This document shows, piece after piece, positions 27,018-37,351 of a DNA stretch of 64,000 nt. The DNA is taken from positions 204,092 through 268,091 of the forward strand of contig JAHDCC010000002.1 of the NCBI GenBank assembly GCA_020630065.1, written 5' to 3'. The translations under genes were made by a program, and so were the position numbers. The stretch's first letter is position 1. Each line of letters opens with the position of its first letter. The notes beneath the pieces are model-generated. The model was not told the DNA's origin and searched no databases. It saw only the letters and a program-made list of their open reading frames with translations. Source of the DNA: Acidimicrobiales bacterium. Lineage in GTDB: Bacteria; Actinomycetota; Acidimicrobiia; Acidimicrobiales; SZUA-35.

Positions 27018-28690
27018 TGGCTTCACCAGTAAAAGTTGTCTTCCTAGGCGGGCTAGGTGAGATCGGTCGCAACTGCGCAGCGATCGAAGTAGAAGACAAA
27101 ATCATGTTGATCGACTGTGGACTTATGTTCCCCGATTCCGACATGGCAGGTGTGGACCTGGTACTACCTGATTTTTCGTATCTGCGAGAAAACGCCCACC
27201 GCGTGATCGGTGTGGTCGCTACACACGGCCACGAAGACCACATCGGTGCGTTGAGTTTCCTGTTGGCCGAAATGCCTCTGAAGGTGATCGGGTCAGCGTT
27301 GACGATCGGTTTAGCCAGAAACCGAATTGAAGAACGCGGTTTACTTTCCCAAGCCGAGTTCGTCGAGGTAGCTGACAACGAACGAATAAAAATAGGCCCG
27401 TTCAGCCTCGAATTTTTCCCAGTTACTCACTCGGTCCCCAACGGCTATGCCACCGCTTTTCACACTCCTCAAGGCGTGATCTTGCACAGCGGTGACTTCA
27501 AATTGGACATGACTCCGGTTGACGGTCGCCTCACCGACTTAGCCGGTCTGGGGCATTTGGCCCGAGACGAAGGCATCCGGTTGTTGCTTTGTGATTCGAC
27601 AAACGCTGAAGAGAGTGGCTTCTCGTCATCAGAGACGTCGATCGGGAAGTCGATCCGAACGCTTTTCCACGAACACGCAGATCGACGGTTGATCGTGGCC
27701 TGTTTCGCCAGCCACATTCACCGGGTGCAACAGATTGCTGACGCCGCTATCGAGGCTGGTCGAACAGTCGCCACGCTCGGACGGTCAATGAATAAGAACG
27801 TCGGGTTGGCTCGAGATATGGGGCTGCTCCATATTCCTGACAGCAAGCTTCGCAAAATCGAAGATATCGAAGATATCGCTGACGAAGAACTGTGTGTTAT
27901 TTCGACGGGATCTCAAGGTGAACCAATGTCGGCGTTGGCTCGTATGGCCACCGGCGACAGTAAATGGTTGACGGTTAAAAGCAACGACACCGTGGTGTTG
28001 TCGTCTCATCCGATCCCAGGAAACGAGTCGAGTGTTTCAAGAGTGATCGATGGCTTGTTGCAACGAGGCGCTGAAGTCGTCCACTCTGGCATAGCTGATG
28101 TGCACGCTACCGGCCACGCTAAAGCCGACGAGTTGAAGATCATGCACTCGATCACGCAGCCCGAATGGTTTGTTCCCGTCCACGGCGAGTTCCGACACAT
28201 GAGTGCCCACGCCCGCATCGGTGAAGAGATGGGTGTGGACGCCGACAAAATTCTGCTTTGTCGAGACGGTGACAGTCTGATTCTCGATGACAATGGTCTA
28301 CAACGAGGTGACTCTGTCCCATCAGAATACATCTATGTTGATGGCCATGTTGGTGATCTCGCCCAGAGCGTCTTAACCGATCGTAGGATTTTGGGTCAAG
28401 ACGGCTTCGTGTCGGTAATCCTGACGTTAGAAGACATCGACGGTGGGGTCCAGATGGTGAGCCCGCCAACGATCGTTTGCCGCGGTTGGGTCGACGGAGA
28501 AGAGGGCGACAAACTGCGATCCAAAGGAGCGGTCGAAGTTGCTGACGCAGTCGCAGCCGCGATCGACAAAGGCGTGACCGAACACGATGAGTTGTCACGG
28601 GTCGCTCGACGCACATTGGGAAGATTCGTAAATCACACGACCAGACTTCGTCCGATGGTCGTTCCCGTCGTGGTTGACGCCTCCGAATAA
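27017..28690 (+). CDS. rnj: Ribonuclease J
   Basis: 557 aa. Metallo-beta-lactamase motif THGHEDHIG followed by beta-CASP and C-terminal domains. Start overlaps the dapA stop (TAGTG). Confidence 0.95.
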   Translation: MASPVKVVFLGGLGEIGRNCAAIEVEDKIMLIDCGLMFPDSDMAGVDLVLPDFSYLRENAHRVIGVVATHGHEDHIGALSFLLAEMPLKVIGSALTIGLARNRIEERGLLSQAEFVEVADNERIKIGPFSLEFFPVTHSVPNGYATAFHTPQGVILHSGDFKLDMTPVDGRLTDLAGLGHLARDEGIRLLLCDSTNAEESGFSSSETSIGKSIRTLFHEHADRRLIVACFASHIHRVQQIADAAIEAGRTVATLGRSMNKNVGLARDMGLLHIPDSKLRKIEDIEDIADEELCVISTGSQGEPMSALARMATGDSKWLTVKSNDTVVLSSHPIPGNESSVSRVIDGLLQRGAEVVHSGIADVHATGHAKADELKIMHSITQPEWFVPVHGEFRHMSAHARIGEEMGVDADKILLCRDGDSLILDDNGLQRGDSVPSEYIYVDGHVGDLAQSVLTDRRILGQDGFVSVILTLEDIDGGVQMVSPPTIVCRGWVDGEEGDKLRSKGAVEVADAVAAAIDKGVTEHDELSRVARRTLGRFVNHTTRLRPMVVPVVVDASE

Positions 28691-28747
28691 GCGAGCCTGG
28701 GGACTCTCTCACACATCTTAGAGTTGACCCACTAGTATGTAGTAACT

Positions 28748-31597
28748 GTGGCTAGTCAAGACTCGAACCGTACCCGGAAGCAGCCTGCTACCCGGAAAAA
28801 ATCCGCTCCTCGGAAGAAAAGCGCGCGTCAACAAGCTGAAGAGCAACGACGCGACATCCAAGCCCTTGTGCTTATAGCGGTCGGGATTTTGCTAGCCCTC
28901 GGCCTTTACACCCAAGCGACTGGGGTGGTTGGAAGGTCGCTGGCTGACCTTTCAGGGTATTTGGTTGGAGTCGTGCGGTATCTGCTGCCCCTTCTGCTGA
29001 TCGGGTTTGGCGCGTACATGCTGATCAATCGACCGAGTCCAAGGTCGAGACGTCGCAAGAAGCGCCGGACGGTTTCTGGAGTTGAGCTAGTCTCGTACGC
29101 CCTGGCCGGTTTTGCGGCGTTCTCTTTTCTAGATTTCTTTGGCGGTCGTCCTCATCGTTTCTCTGGTGTTGACGAGCTGAGCCAGGCCGGTGGCATGATT
29201 GGGGTATTGACCGGGGGAACGCTCGACCGTTACACCGGTAGCTTCGGGCAAGTTATCTTGACGTTGTTGATGGCGGCGGTCGCTGCCATTCTCATCACTG
29301 ACGTGTCGGTGGGCGAGGTAGTTCGATCGTGGGTCGACCGGTTCTCAGGTGTTTCTGTCGGAGGTACAAAGAGTCGTTCGCGAAGTAGGGGACGGTCTGG
29401 GGCTAAACAATCTGATCTCGCTTCCCGGTTCCGGAAGTTAGTTGATCGAGATGAGGACACAGAGTTCGAAGACGACGATATTCCAGATCTCGACGACGAC
29501 AACACCGAAGTGGTTCTGGACGAACCAGCCGAACATTACATCGACCTCAAAAATTCCGACGTTGACGATGACGATGAACCCGGCGATCGTTGGGAAGACG
29601 AAATCGAACCGGTCATCGAGGTGCCTGAGGTTGCCGTCGTTTCAGATATTCACATGGCTGCGCCGCAACCGCCAGATGGTGAATGGTCTCTACCTTCGCT
29701 AGATCTTCTCGACCGAACAGAAACCCAAGACGTCGACCGCGCCTCCGTCGAAGCTACAGGGCGGCAACTCGAGCACGCTTTGGCCGAACATGGGGTAGAA
29801 ACCCGACTGATCGGCGTCGTGGTTGGGCCTACCGTTTCACGTTTCGAGCTGGAACTGGGACCTGGGGTCAAAGTTCAGCGGGTCACATCACTTCACAAAG
29901 ATATAGCCTACGCAATGGCGACACCCGACGTTCGTATCCTTGCCCCGATACCGGGTAAACAGGCGATCGGTGTTGAAGTGCCTAACGTTCGCCGACAGAT
30001 TATTACCGTAGGTGATCTGCTCATCTCGGAAGAAGCTGTAAGCGCAACCCATCCACTCGAGGTAACGCTGGGACGAGACATCACTGGTAAGACCGTGATG
30101 ATCAACTTGGCCAAGATGCCTCACCTTTTGGTGGCTGGTCAAACCGGTTCCGGTAAGTCGAGCTGTATCAACTCGATGCTGACTTCGATCCTGATGCGGT
30201 CCACCCCGGATCAGGTTCGGCTTATCTTGATCGACCCAAAACGGGTTGAGCTGACTCAGTACGAAAAACTTCCGCACCTGTTGACCGAAGTTGTTACCGA
30301 CCCGAAGAAGGCGGCGAATGCGCTGTCTTGGGCGGTGACCGAAATGGAACGGCGCTACGACCTGTTGAGCGAGGTCGGTGTTCGTGACATGGCTGGCTAC
30401 AACAAGGCAGTCGACGAAGGTCGCCTCGACCCGAGTGTTTCTCATGATGGCCAGACGGTCGAACGTGAGAAGCTGTCGTTCATCGTTATCGTCCTCGACG
30501 AGCTGGCTGATTTGATGATGGTGGCGGCCCGTGATGTTGAAGAGTCGATCTGTCGTATCGCCCAAAAAGCAAGAGCGGTCGGTATTCACCTGGTGATAGC
30601 GACTCAGCGGCCGTCGACAAACGTTATTACCGGTTTGATTAAAGCCAACGTCCCGGCCCGTCTGGCCTTTGCTGTATCGAGCCTTACCGATAGCCGAGTT
30701 ATTCTTGACCAGCCGGGCGCCGAACGTCTGGTTGGCCGCGGTGACGGTTTGATCAACGACGGTACGACATCGACGCCGGTACGGTTCCAGGGCGCCTGGG
30801 TCACCGAAGATGAAGTGTCGACCATTTCTGAACATTGGCGTGAACAGTCACCTGAGGTGGCATACGACAGTCGAGTTGTAGGCGAAGACAAACCGCTGCC
30901 CGGTGTCGGAATTCCTGGTGGCACTACCGGCGACGAAGGCGACGACGAGTTGCTGGTACAGGCAATGGAACTAGTCGTTCGTTCACAACTTGGGTCGACG
31001 TCGATGCTGCAACGGAAACTTCGTGTCGGTTTTGCCCGTGCTGGTCGAATCATGGACCTGTTAGAAGAGCGCGGCGTGGTCGGCCCGTCGGTCGGTTCGA
31101 AACCACGTGAAGTCCTGATTTCCGCCGACGAGCTTGACGCCGGCGTTTGGGCGGCACCTGCCGCTCCGGCTGTTCCAGTCAAAACGGCACCACCGGCAAC
31201 ACGGAAATCTAGTTCTCAACCTGTGGTACCTAAACCCAAGGTTCGTCGCAAGACGTTGGCCGACATTCCTAACCCTGAACCTATGGTTGATAGGCCGAAA
31301 CGTCGTCGTCCTGCTGCGGAACATAACCCTTCAGAAGAGTCAGGTCCGCTTGATCGTCAACTCCGAGAGGTCAAGGAACGTCGAGCTAGTCTGAAGGCCG
31401 TCAAGGATGAGGCCGACGACGAGATCGTCGAACAACAACACAAAAATCCGTTCATTGACGACGACGTATCACTTGATGTTGCCGAGGACGATTTTGAAGA
31501 CCTCTTCGATGAAGACGATGACGACGACTTTGATGAGGACTTCGAGGACGGATCCGACTCGGCACTGGCGCCACCACCCGGTTACAACAACCGCTGA
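28748..31597 (+). CDS. ftsK: DNA translocase FtsK with a ~150-aa extension beyond the gamma domain
   Basis: N-terminal TM segments and a disordered acidic linker. Motor domain with Walker A GQTGSGKS and Walker B IVLDELADL. Gamma winged helix (STSMLQRKLRVGFARAGRIMDLLEERGVVGP), then a Pro/Lys-rich and poly-acidic tail. Confidence 0.95.
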   Translation: MASQDSNRTRKQPATRKKSAPRKKSARQQAEEQRRDIQALVLIAVGILLALGLYTQATGVVGRSLADLSGYLVGVVRYLLPLLLIGFGAYMLINRPSPRSRRRKKRRTVSGVELVSYALAGFAAFSFLDFFGGRPHRFSGVDELSQAGGMIGVLTGGTLDRYTGSFGQVILTLLMAAVAAILITDVSVGEVVRSWVDRFSGVSVGGTKSRSRSRGRSGAKQSDLASRFRKLVDRDEDTEFEDDDIPDLDDDNTEVVLDEPAEHYIDLKNSDVDDDDEPGDRWEDEIEPVIEVPEVAVVSDIHMAAPQPPDGEWSLPSLDLLDRTETQDVDRASVEATGRQLEHALAEHGVETRLIGVVVGPTVSRFELELGPGVKVQRVTSLHKDIAYAMATPDVRILAPIPGKQAIGVEVPNVRRQIITVGDLLISEEAVSATHPLEVTLGRDITGKTVMINLAKMPHLLVAGQTGSGKSSCINSMLTSILMRSTPDQVRLILIDPKRVELTQYEKLPHLLTEVVTDPKKAANALSWAVTEMERRYDLLSEVGVRDMAGYNKAVDEGRLDPSVSHDGQTVEREKLSFIVIVLDELADLMMVAARDVEESICRIAQKARAVGIHLVIATQRPSTNVITGLIKANVPARLAFAVSSLTDSRVILDQPGAERLVGRGDGLINDGTTSTPVRFQGAWVTEDEVSTISEHWREQSPEVAYDSRVVGEDKPLPGVGIPGGTTGDEGDDELLVQAMELVVRSQLGSTSMLQRKLRVGFARAGRIMDLLEERGVVGPSVGSKPREVLISADELDAGVWAAPAAPAVPVKTAPPATRKSSSQPVVPKPKVRRKTLADIPNPEPMVDRPKRRRPAAEHNPSEESGPLDRQLREVKERRASLKAVKDEADDEIVEQQHKNPFIDDDVSLDVAEDDFEDLFDEDDDDDFDEDFEDGSDSALAPPPGYNNR

Positions 31598-31795
31598 AGG
31601 CTCACCGAGAGCCCCATAAGGTTGGCGTAGATCTCGATCAGAGAACGGGACAGCTTTTGTCGGTGACCGCACCCATGAGTCTATTTCGAGATTGTTGTAA
31701 CATGGGGGTAGAAGCTTTAGCCTTCACAGTGTTGGGTATATGTACAGGGTTTTCGGCATATACAAGCGGTCCTAGAGAAAGTCGACGCAGCTGGC

Positions 31796-32722
31796 ATGCT
31801 CACTCAAACCAATACAGAGGTTGTTGAGATAGCTGCCGGGCTCTTGTTCCCTTATGGTGTTTTGTTCTATCGGGATGGTTCTATTCTGGTCACCGAACAG
31901 GCTCGAGGAACGATTACACGCGTCGCCATCGACGGGTCGACTGAGGTTGTTGCAGAATGTGGCGGTAGCCCGGCCGGTATGGCCGTAGGCCCGGACGGGT
32001 GGGTCTATGTTTGTAATGGGGGAGAGTCAAGCTGGCATGAGGTAAACGGCATGGTGGTTCGCGGGGATGCCGCTCGGTCATATCGAAATGGTTCAATCCA
32101 GCGCGTCAACGTTGTTACCCGTGAAGTGCAGACGCTGTATGAGCGAGTGAACGGTCATTTGCTTTCCTCTCCGAGCGATTTGGTTTTTGACCGTAGCGGT
32201 GGTTTCTGGTTTACTGATACCGGGAAGTCAAAGGGCCGGCAACGAGACCGTGGGGGCTTGTATTATGCCGAGCCGGACGGATCTGAGATTCGGGAAGTCG
32301 TATATCCCTTAGACGCTCCGACCGGGGTTGGTCTTTCTTGTGCTGGTGATGTTCTCTATGTAGCTGAGTCGGCTCAGGGGCGTCTGTACCAGTGGCCGCT
32401 TTTCCGCGAAGGGGAGATATCCGGCTATTTCGGTCCGCAGCATCGGGGTTCTATTGTCGCTGACCCTGAGGGCGGTCCGTTATTTAATGCCTTAGTTCTT
32501 GACGAAGGTGATCGGCTTTATATAGCTACTAGTCGTAATGGTGGGGTGACGACGGTTTCTCCGGCTGATCGTTCTTCGTATCACACACCGGTGGATGACC
32601 CGTTAGTTACCGGAGTGGGGTTTGGGGATGCCGATCGGCGAACCCTGTTGTTGACGTCGTCGGGTAGTGGTCGTCTGATGGCGGCAATGTGGCATACCGC
32701 AGGTCAGCAGTCAGCTTTCTGA
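31796..32722 (+). CDS. SMP-30/gluconolactonase/LRE-family protein
   Basis: 308 aa. Beta-propeller repeat pattern with SPSDLVFDRSGGFWFTD and GLSCAGDVLYVAES blocks typical of this family. Confidence 0.7.
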   Translation: MLTQTNTEVVEIAAGLLFPYGVLFYRDGSILVTEQARGTITRVAIDGSTEVVAECGGSPAGMAVGPDGWVYVCNGGESSWHEVNGMVVRGDAARSYRNGSIQRVNVVTREVQTLYERVNGHLLSSPSDLVFDRSGGFWFTDTGKSKGRQRDRGGLYYAEPDGSEIREVVYPLDAPTGVGLSCAGDVLYVAESAQGRLYQWPLFREGEISGYFGPQHRGSIVADPEGGPLFNALVLDEGDRLYIATSRNGGVTTVSPADRSSYHTPVDDPLVTGVGFGDADRRTLLLTSSGSGRLMAAMWHTAGQQSAF

Positions 32723-32854
32723 TTTCTTGACGTGCCCAGCTGTTGACAGATCCGCTCTGGTGTAATTCGCAGCCTTGCCGTATGTGTGATTGTTCGCGAA
32801 CTGCAGCTTGTTGAGCTCTGTTGTGGTGGGGAACGTCCGCTAGTGTGGTGAACG

Positions 32855-33511
32855 ATGGACACAGCGAAGCAGGGTTTTATTCGTCGGCCAACACGGGAGC
32901 TTTGTGCCAGATGGTCGTTTGTTTGGTCTTTCGTGCTGCTCATCGGGATACTGTTTGTGCCGGTGGTTCCAGCCGCCGCCCACACTGACTTGTTGCAGTC
33001 TTCACCTGGTGTGAATCAGACAAGTGGCGGCGATGTGCTGTTTTTCGATTTAGCTTTTAGCGAGCCGATAAGCAATTTTAAAATGACGGTCACTGACCCG
33101 TCTGGGGCTGAGGTCCCGGGCCGAGTTTTAACCGACCAGGGTTCGATCGTGTCGTATGGCTTCGATCAGGCTTTGACCGAAGAGGGGCGGTATCGGGTCG
33201 ACTACAACATGACGTCGTTCGACCTTGACTTCACCGAGCGGGACTTTGCTTTCTCCTATGACAAGTCTGCTCCGCAGCCGTTCCGAATTGGCAGCGATGG
33301 TCGATACATATCTGAACCGGCCGGGACCAACTGGTTGTCGCTTCTCTCGACTCTTCTGCTGGTGTTTAGCGCAGTCGGAATCGCCGTACTGTTTCTATCT
33401 CGTCAGGGTTTCTTCGAGTCATCCAGGGTTATGGGCAAACCGGAACGTATCGACGACTTCGACGAGGGCGAACATGTCGAGGGCGAAACGGAAGACGATT
33501 CCGAGGAATAG
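32855..33511 (+). CDS. CopC-domain protein (copper-binding, exported) with a C-terminal TM anchor and acidic tail
   Basis: Signal peptide ending AAAH|TDLLQSSP, the mature N-terminal His typical of CopC/YobA. One late TM (WLSLLSTLLLVFSAVGIAVLFL). Confidence 0.65.
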   Translation: MDTAKQGFIRRPTRELCARWSFVWSFVLLIGILFVPVVPAAAHTDLLQSSPGVNQTSGGDVLFFDLAFSEPISNFKMTVTDPSGAEVPGRVLTDQGSIVSYGFDQALTEEGRYRVDYNMTSFDLDFTERDFAFSYDKSAPQPFRIGSDGRYISEPAGTNWLSLLSTLLLVFSAVGIAVLFLSRQGFFESSRVMGKPERIDDFDEGEHVEGETEDDSEE

Positions 33512-33625
33512 TTGCCGTTAGGGCTGATTGATACAGTTTCGGCCATCATGTCCGGGTTATTGCGGTAGCTGGGCATCGCACGTGCTGGCGTTTGCTGCTG
33601 GTGGCGCCACGGTACCCTTGAGGCA

Positions 33626-34864
33626 ATGTCTGGTTCGTACTGGGTCGAAACCCTTGGCTGTCCTAAAAATAAGGTTGATTCCGACAAGCTGATTGGCACC
33701 TTGACCGCCGACGGATTGACCGCTGCTGCCACGGTGTCAGAAGCCGATGTTGTTGTTATCAACACGTGCGCCTTTATTGACCAGGCTCGGCAAGAGTCGA
33801 TTGACACGATCCTCGAAGCCGACGGTGCCCGCAAATCAGACTCTGAGCTGGTTGTTACCGGCTGTATGGCTGAACGTTACGGCGACGAACTGACAGAAGC
33901 GTTGCCTGAAGTATCCCAGGTCGCCCCGTTTGGGGTTCCAGTCGAATTGGGGCCTACCAGAAGTAAGAGTCGATCATCGTTTGATCTTTTAGAGCTGCCT
34001 CGTCCAGCAGCGACCGCTCCTTGGGCATATGTGAAAATTGCTGAAGGGTGCGACCGTAATTGTGGGTTTTGCTCGATTCCGTCGTTCAGAGGCAAGCAAC
34101 GTTCGAGAACCATCGGCTCGATTTTGGACGAAGTCGACGGGCTGCAAGCCAAAGAAATCGTGTTAGTTGCCCAAGATTTGGCTGCTTATGGACGAGATCA
34201 GGGGCAAGGGGAACGATCGATCGTTCCGCTCGTCAGACAGGTAGCGGAACGCGTCGACTGGGTCCGGTTGTTGTATCTGTACCCGTCGGACCTCACCGAT
34301 GAGCTGATCGACACCATGTGTGCTACCGGTGTCGCCTATTTCGATTTATCGCTACAGCATGTGTCACGCCCCCTGATGCGGCGTATGCGTCGCTGGGGGT
34401 CCGGCGACGTTTTCGCTGAACGTATCGATGCGATTCGGCGGCGCGAACCAAATGCAGCCTTTAGGTCTAATTTCATTGTGGGTTATCCAGGTGAGACCGA
34501 AGACGATCATGATGAGCTGCTTCGGTTTGTTGAGGAATCTCGGCTCGATTGGTGTGGTTTCTTTCCATTCTCTAATGAAGAGGGAACCTATGCTGCGACC
34601 CTTGACAACCATGTTCCTGATGGCCTGAGGGCTGAACGTCTGGCAGAACTCAGCGCGTTGCAGGACCGGATAACGGCTGAAAAACGAGATGAACAAATTG
34701 GTGAGACGCTGACCGTTCTTGTCGATTCTGCTGGTGTGGCCCGTTCGGTTCGTGAGGCACCAGAAATCGACGGCATCATTCAGGTCCCCACTTCACTGGA
34801 TGTGGGTTCGTTTAACAAAGTTGTTGTGACTGATTCGCTTGGCCCGGACCTGGTGGCGGAGTGA
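33626..34864 (+). CDS. rimO: Ribosomal protein S12 methylthiotransferase RimO (radical SAM MTTase)
   Basis: UPF0004 N-domain Cys residues (TLGCPKN...NTCAF...TGC), radical SAM CxxxCxxC (CDRNCGFC) and a TRAM domain. Its position between ftsK and pgsA is as in other actinobacteria. Confidence 0.88.
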   Translation: MSGSYWVETLGCPKNKVDSDKLIGTLTADGLTAAATVSEADVVVINTCAFIDQARQESIDTILEADGARKSDSELVVTGCMAERYGDELTEALPEVSQVAPFGVPVELGPTRSKSRSSFDLLELPRPAATAPWAYVKIAEGCDRNCGFCSIPSFRGKQRSRTIGSILDEVDGLQAKEIVLVAQDLAAYGRDQGQGERSIVPLVRQVAERVDWVRLLYLYPSDLTDELIDTMCATGVAYFDLSLQHVSRPLMRRMRRWGSGDVFAERIDAIRRREPNAAFRSNFIVGYPGETEDDHDELLRFVEESRLDWCGFFPFSNEEGTYAATLDNHVPDGLRAERLAELSALQDRITAEKRDEQIGETLTVLVDSAGVARSVREAPEIDGIIQVPTSLDVGSFNKVVVTDSLGPDLVAE

Positions 34865-35430
34865 CCTCATTGTCTTTTATGGGTTCATCTCGATGGTCGG
34901 TGGCTGCCAACGCGCTCACCATTTCGAGGATCGTCTTTGCCCCGGTACTTGTCGTATTGATTCTTTACCAGAACCCGTGGTGGGTGACGTTTGTACTTGG
35001 ATGGGTGTTAGGCATCACCGACTATGTCGATGGTGAGCTTGCGCGTCAAGCCGAGCCAACTCGGGCTGGGGCGTTCCTTGACCCTCTCGCCGACAAAGTG
35101 CTGGTTCTAACCGCCGGTTTTGCTCTGGTCTTTTCTGGTCGTCCGGGTTGGCTTTGGCCGATGCTTATCATTGCGGTTCGGGAACTGGGCATTCAGCTAT
35201 ACCGAAGTTATTGGGCTAAACGGTCGTTGGCTATTCCGGCCCGTAAGTCAGCGAAATACAAGACTTTTGTTCAGGGCTTAGCTATCTCGGCGGCCTTAAT
35301 GCCGACACTCGAACCCTACCCGCTGGTGGCAGATGCGATGTTGTGGCTGGCTGTTGGTTTCACGTTGTACTCCGCCGCCCAGTATGTTCTAGACGGGCGA
35401 GCTGCGTTACGGACAACGGGAACCCGCTAA
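34861..35430 (+). CDS. pgsA: CDP-diacylglycerol--glycerol-3-phosphate 3-phosphatidyltransferase
   Basis: CDP-alcohol phosphatidyltransferase motif DYVDGELAR...GAFLDPLADK. The GTG start overlaps the rimO stop. Confidence 0.9.
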   Translation: MTSLSFMGSSRWSVAANALTISRIVFAPVLVVLILYQNPWWVTFVLGWVLGITDYVDGELARQAEPTRAGAFLDPLADKVLVLTAGFALVFSGRPGWLWPMLIIAVRELGIQLYRSYWAKRSLAIPARKSAKYKTFVQGLAISAALMPTLEPYPLVADAMLWLAVGFTLYSAAQYVLDGRAALRTTGTR

Positions 35431-35477
35431 CAGTTCGTCCAGCCAGCAAAGTAGTGAACAGGTCGTAAGGTTTTTAT

Positions 35478-36758
35478 ATGAACGTTGAAGTGGTTGCAAT
35501 CGGCAGCGAGCTGCTGCTTGGGCAGATAGTTGATACAAATTCGTCTTGGATCGGCCAGGAACTTGCCGCCGCCGGTCTCGACTCGTACCACCAAACCAAG
35601 GTGGGTGATAATGCCGGACGCATGAAGAGTGTGCTCGAGTTGGCGCTTAGCCGAAGCGACGCCGTGATCTGTTGCGGAGGGCTGGGTCCAACCCACGATG
35701 ACATCACGCGTGAAGTGATCGCAGACATCATGGGGGTAGAGCTAAAGCTTGATAAACAACTCGTTACCAAGATCGAGGAGATGTTCACTAGTCGGGGGCG
35801 GGTAATGTCACCAACGAACCTTTCTCAAGCGATGGTTCCTGTCGGGGCGTCCATCGTCTCGGAACAGCCCGGAACAGCTGCGGGTCTGATCTGTCCTGTC
35901 GGGGGCGACAAAGTGATTTATGCTGTGCCTGGTGTGCCGTACGAAATGAAAGAGATGATCACGGGAACTATTCTTTCCGACCTCATCGCCCGATCAGGTG
36001 AGTCGGCTGTCATCCGGAGCCGAACACTTCGCACATGGGGAATGTCGGAATCTGGATTAGCCGAGCTTTTAGCTGACTACATCGAGGGCCTCGATGTGTC
36101 CAACGCCGACGAAGCAGCAAACAAGACTGGAACAGCCACCTTGGCGTTTAACGCCAGCGGTGTTGAGGGCTTAAAGGTGCGGATTACTACCAAAGCCGCG
36201 GATGAAGCGGCAGCGATAGCGGTACTCGATACCAAAGAAGCTGAACTTCGGGCGATTCTGGGCGACCTTGTATTCGGGGTTGATGGCGAGAATATGGAGG
36301 TTGCGATCGTCTCGTTGCTAGCCGAAAAGGGCTTAACGGTAGCGGTTGCCGAGTCGGTTACGGGTGGATATATCGCCGGCCGGGTTTGTGCCGTTCCGGG
36401 AGCATCCGAAGTTTTTCGAGGCGGGGTTGTCGCCTACAACAACCAAGTGAAACAGTCGCTGCTCGGGGTTGAGGATGGTCCGGTAGTAACCGAGGAAGCA
36501 GCTGTTGCGATGGCCTACGGTGTTCGAGACTCGTTGGGGGCTGATATTGGGTTGGCTTCGACGGGGGTTGCCGGACCTGAAGAGATGGAGGGTCGACCGG
36601 TGGGTACTGTCTGTATCGCTGTGGCTTCCAGCGATGGAGCGATTGCTACGACGCTGCAACTGCCAGGTGATCGGGAACGAATCCGACAATTTTCGACTAT
36701 TTCGTTACTTAACCTTCTTCGTCAGGTGCTTCGACAGGCCCCGGTGCTCGAGAACTAA
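35478..36758 (+). CDS. cinA: CinA-family protein (MoCF-biosynthesis-like domain plus nicotinamide-nucleotide amidase PncC domain)
   Basis: N-terminal VEVVAIGSELLLGQIVDTNSSWI and GGLGPTHDDITRE. C-terminal PncC block AESVTGGYIAG...GVVAYNNQVK. Confidence 0.9.
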   Translation: MNVEVVAIGSELLLGQIVDTNSSWIGQELAAAGLDSYHQTKVGDNAGRMKSVLELALSRSDAVICCGGLGPTHDDITREVIADIMGVELKLDKQLVTKIEEMFTSRGRVMSPTNLSQAMVPVGASIVSEQPGTAAGLICPVGGDKVIYAVPGVPYEMKEMITGTILSDLIARSGESAVIRSRTLRTWGMSESGLAELLADYIEGLDVSNADEAANKTGTATLAFNASGVEGLKVRITTKAADEAAAIAVLDTKEAELRAILGDLVFGVDGENMEVAIVSLLAEKGLTVAVAESVTGGYIAGRVCAVPGASEVFRGGVVAYNNQVKQSLLGVEDGPVVTEEAAVAMAYGVRDSLGADIGLASTGVAGPEEMEGRPVGTVCIAVASSDGAIATTLQLPGDRERIRQFSTISLLNLLRQVLRQAPVLEN

Positions 36759-36778
36759 CATCACGGCCCAGATTGGGG

Positions 36779-37168
36779 CTATGAAGTGGTGGTTGTGGCG
36801 TGTGTGGTTGATGTCTGCGCAGGTGTAGTGGTGGTGGTTGACGACGTCGTTGTCGAGTTGCGTTCAAGACGAGCTTCACGGTAAAGGGATTCTCGTTCGG
36901 GGCATTCTTGGGTGAAGACAAAGGTTTGGAAGTCGAATTCGTCGTCGTCGAGGTCGAGCCAAATCTGTTGCAGAATTTCTTCATCCATGCTGCACAAAAG
37001 GTCGGCTGCGTCTTTGTATTCCACGACTTCTGTCGGAGACAGTTGTCGCCCAAGTCGAAGCTCAAGGTCTGCTTTGAAACTTCGCTCTTCCGGTGGTTGG
37101 CTACTGCAAGCTGACCCGAATACAGCGAGTGTTAGAGCGGCCACAATCTTGAGGTTTCGAGTCTGCAT
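36779..37168 (-). CDS. Small hypothetical lipoprotein with a Thr/Ser-rich C-terminal tail
   Basis: The internal ATG at 37168 gives MQTRNLKIVAALTLAVFGSAC|SS (lipobox). The tail is STTTSSTTTTTPAQTSTTHATTTTS. The longer ORF-track start (37357) would run through the recA promoter region. Confidence 0.5.
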   Translation of the reverse strand: MQTRNLKIVAALTLAVFGSACSSQPPEERSFKADLELRLGRQLSPTEVVEYKDAADLLCSMDEEILQQIWLDLDDDEFDFQTFVFTQECPERESLYREARLERNSTTTSSTTTTTPAQTSTTHATTTTS

Positions 37169-37269
37169 TGACTTCAAGGTTAGTGGCTGGGGTGAGACCC
37201 GAACGCCTAGAAGGCGGAGTTCGGAAGAAAGTTTCCCTGTACAGGGAGTTTTTGCCCGTTTCGGTTGCA

Positions 37270-37283
37270 CGAACATATGTTCG
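37270..37283. promoter_or_regulatory. LexA SOS box CGAACATATGTTCG
   Basis: Perfect match to the Gram-positive/actinobacterial consensus CGAAC-N4-GTTCG. It lies about 143 bp upstream of the recA start. Confidence 0.8.
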
Positions 37284-37351
37284 TAACTACAGTGATGTAA
37301 TCTGATAAGGTCAAGTAAGAGCCCAGGCCAGTAGTCGCCTGTTCCCTTAAC

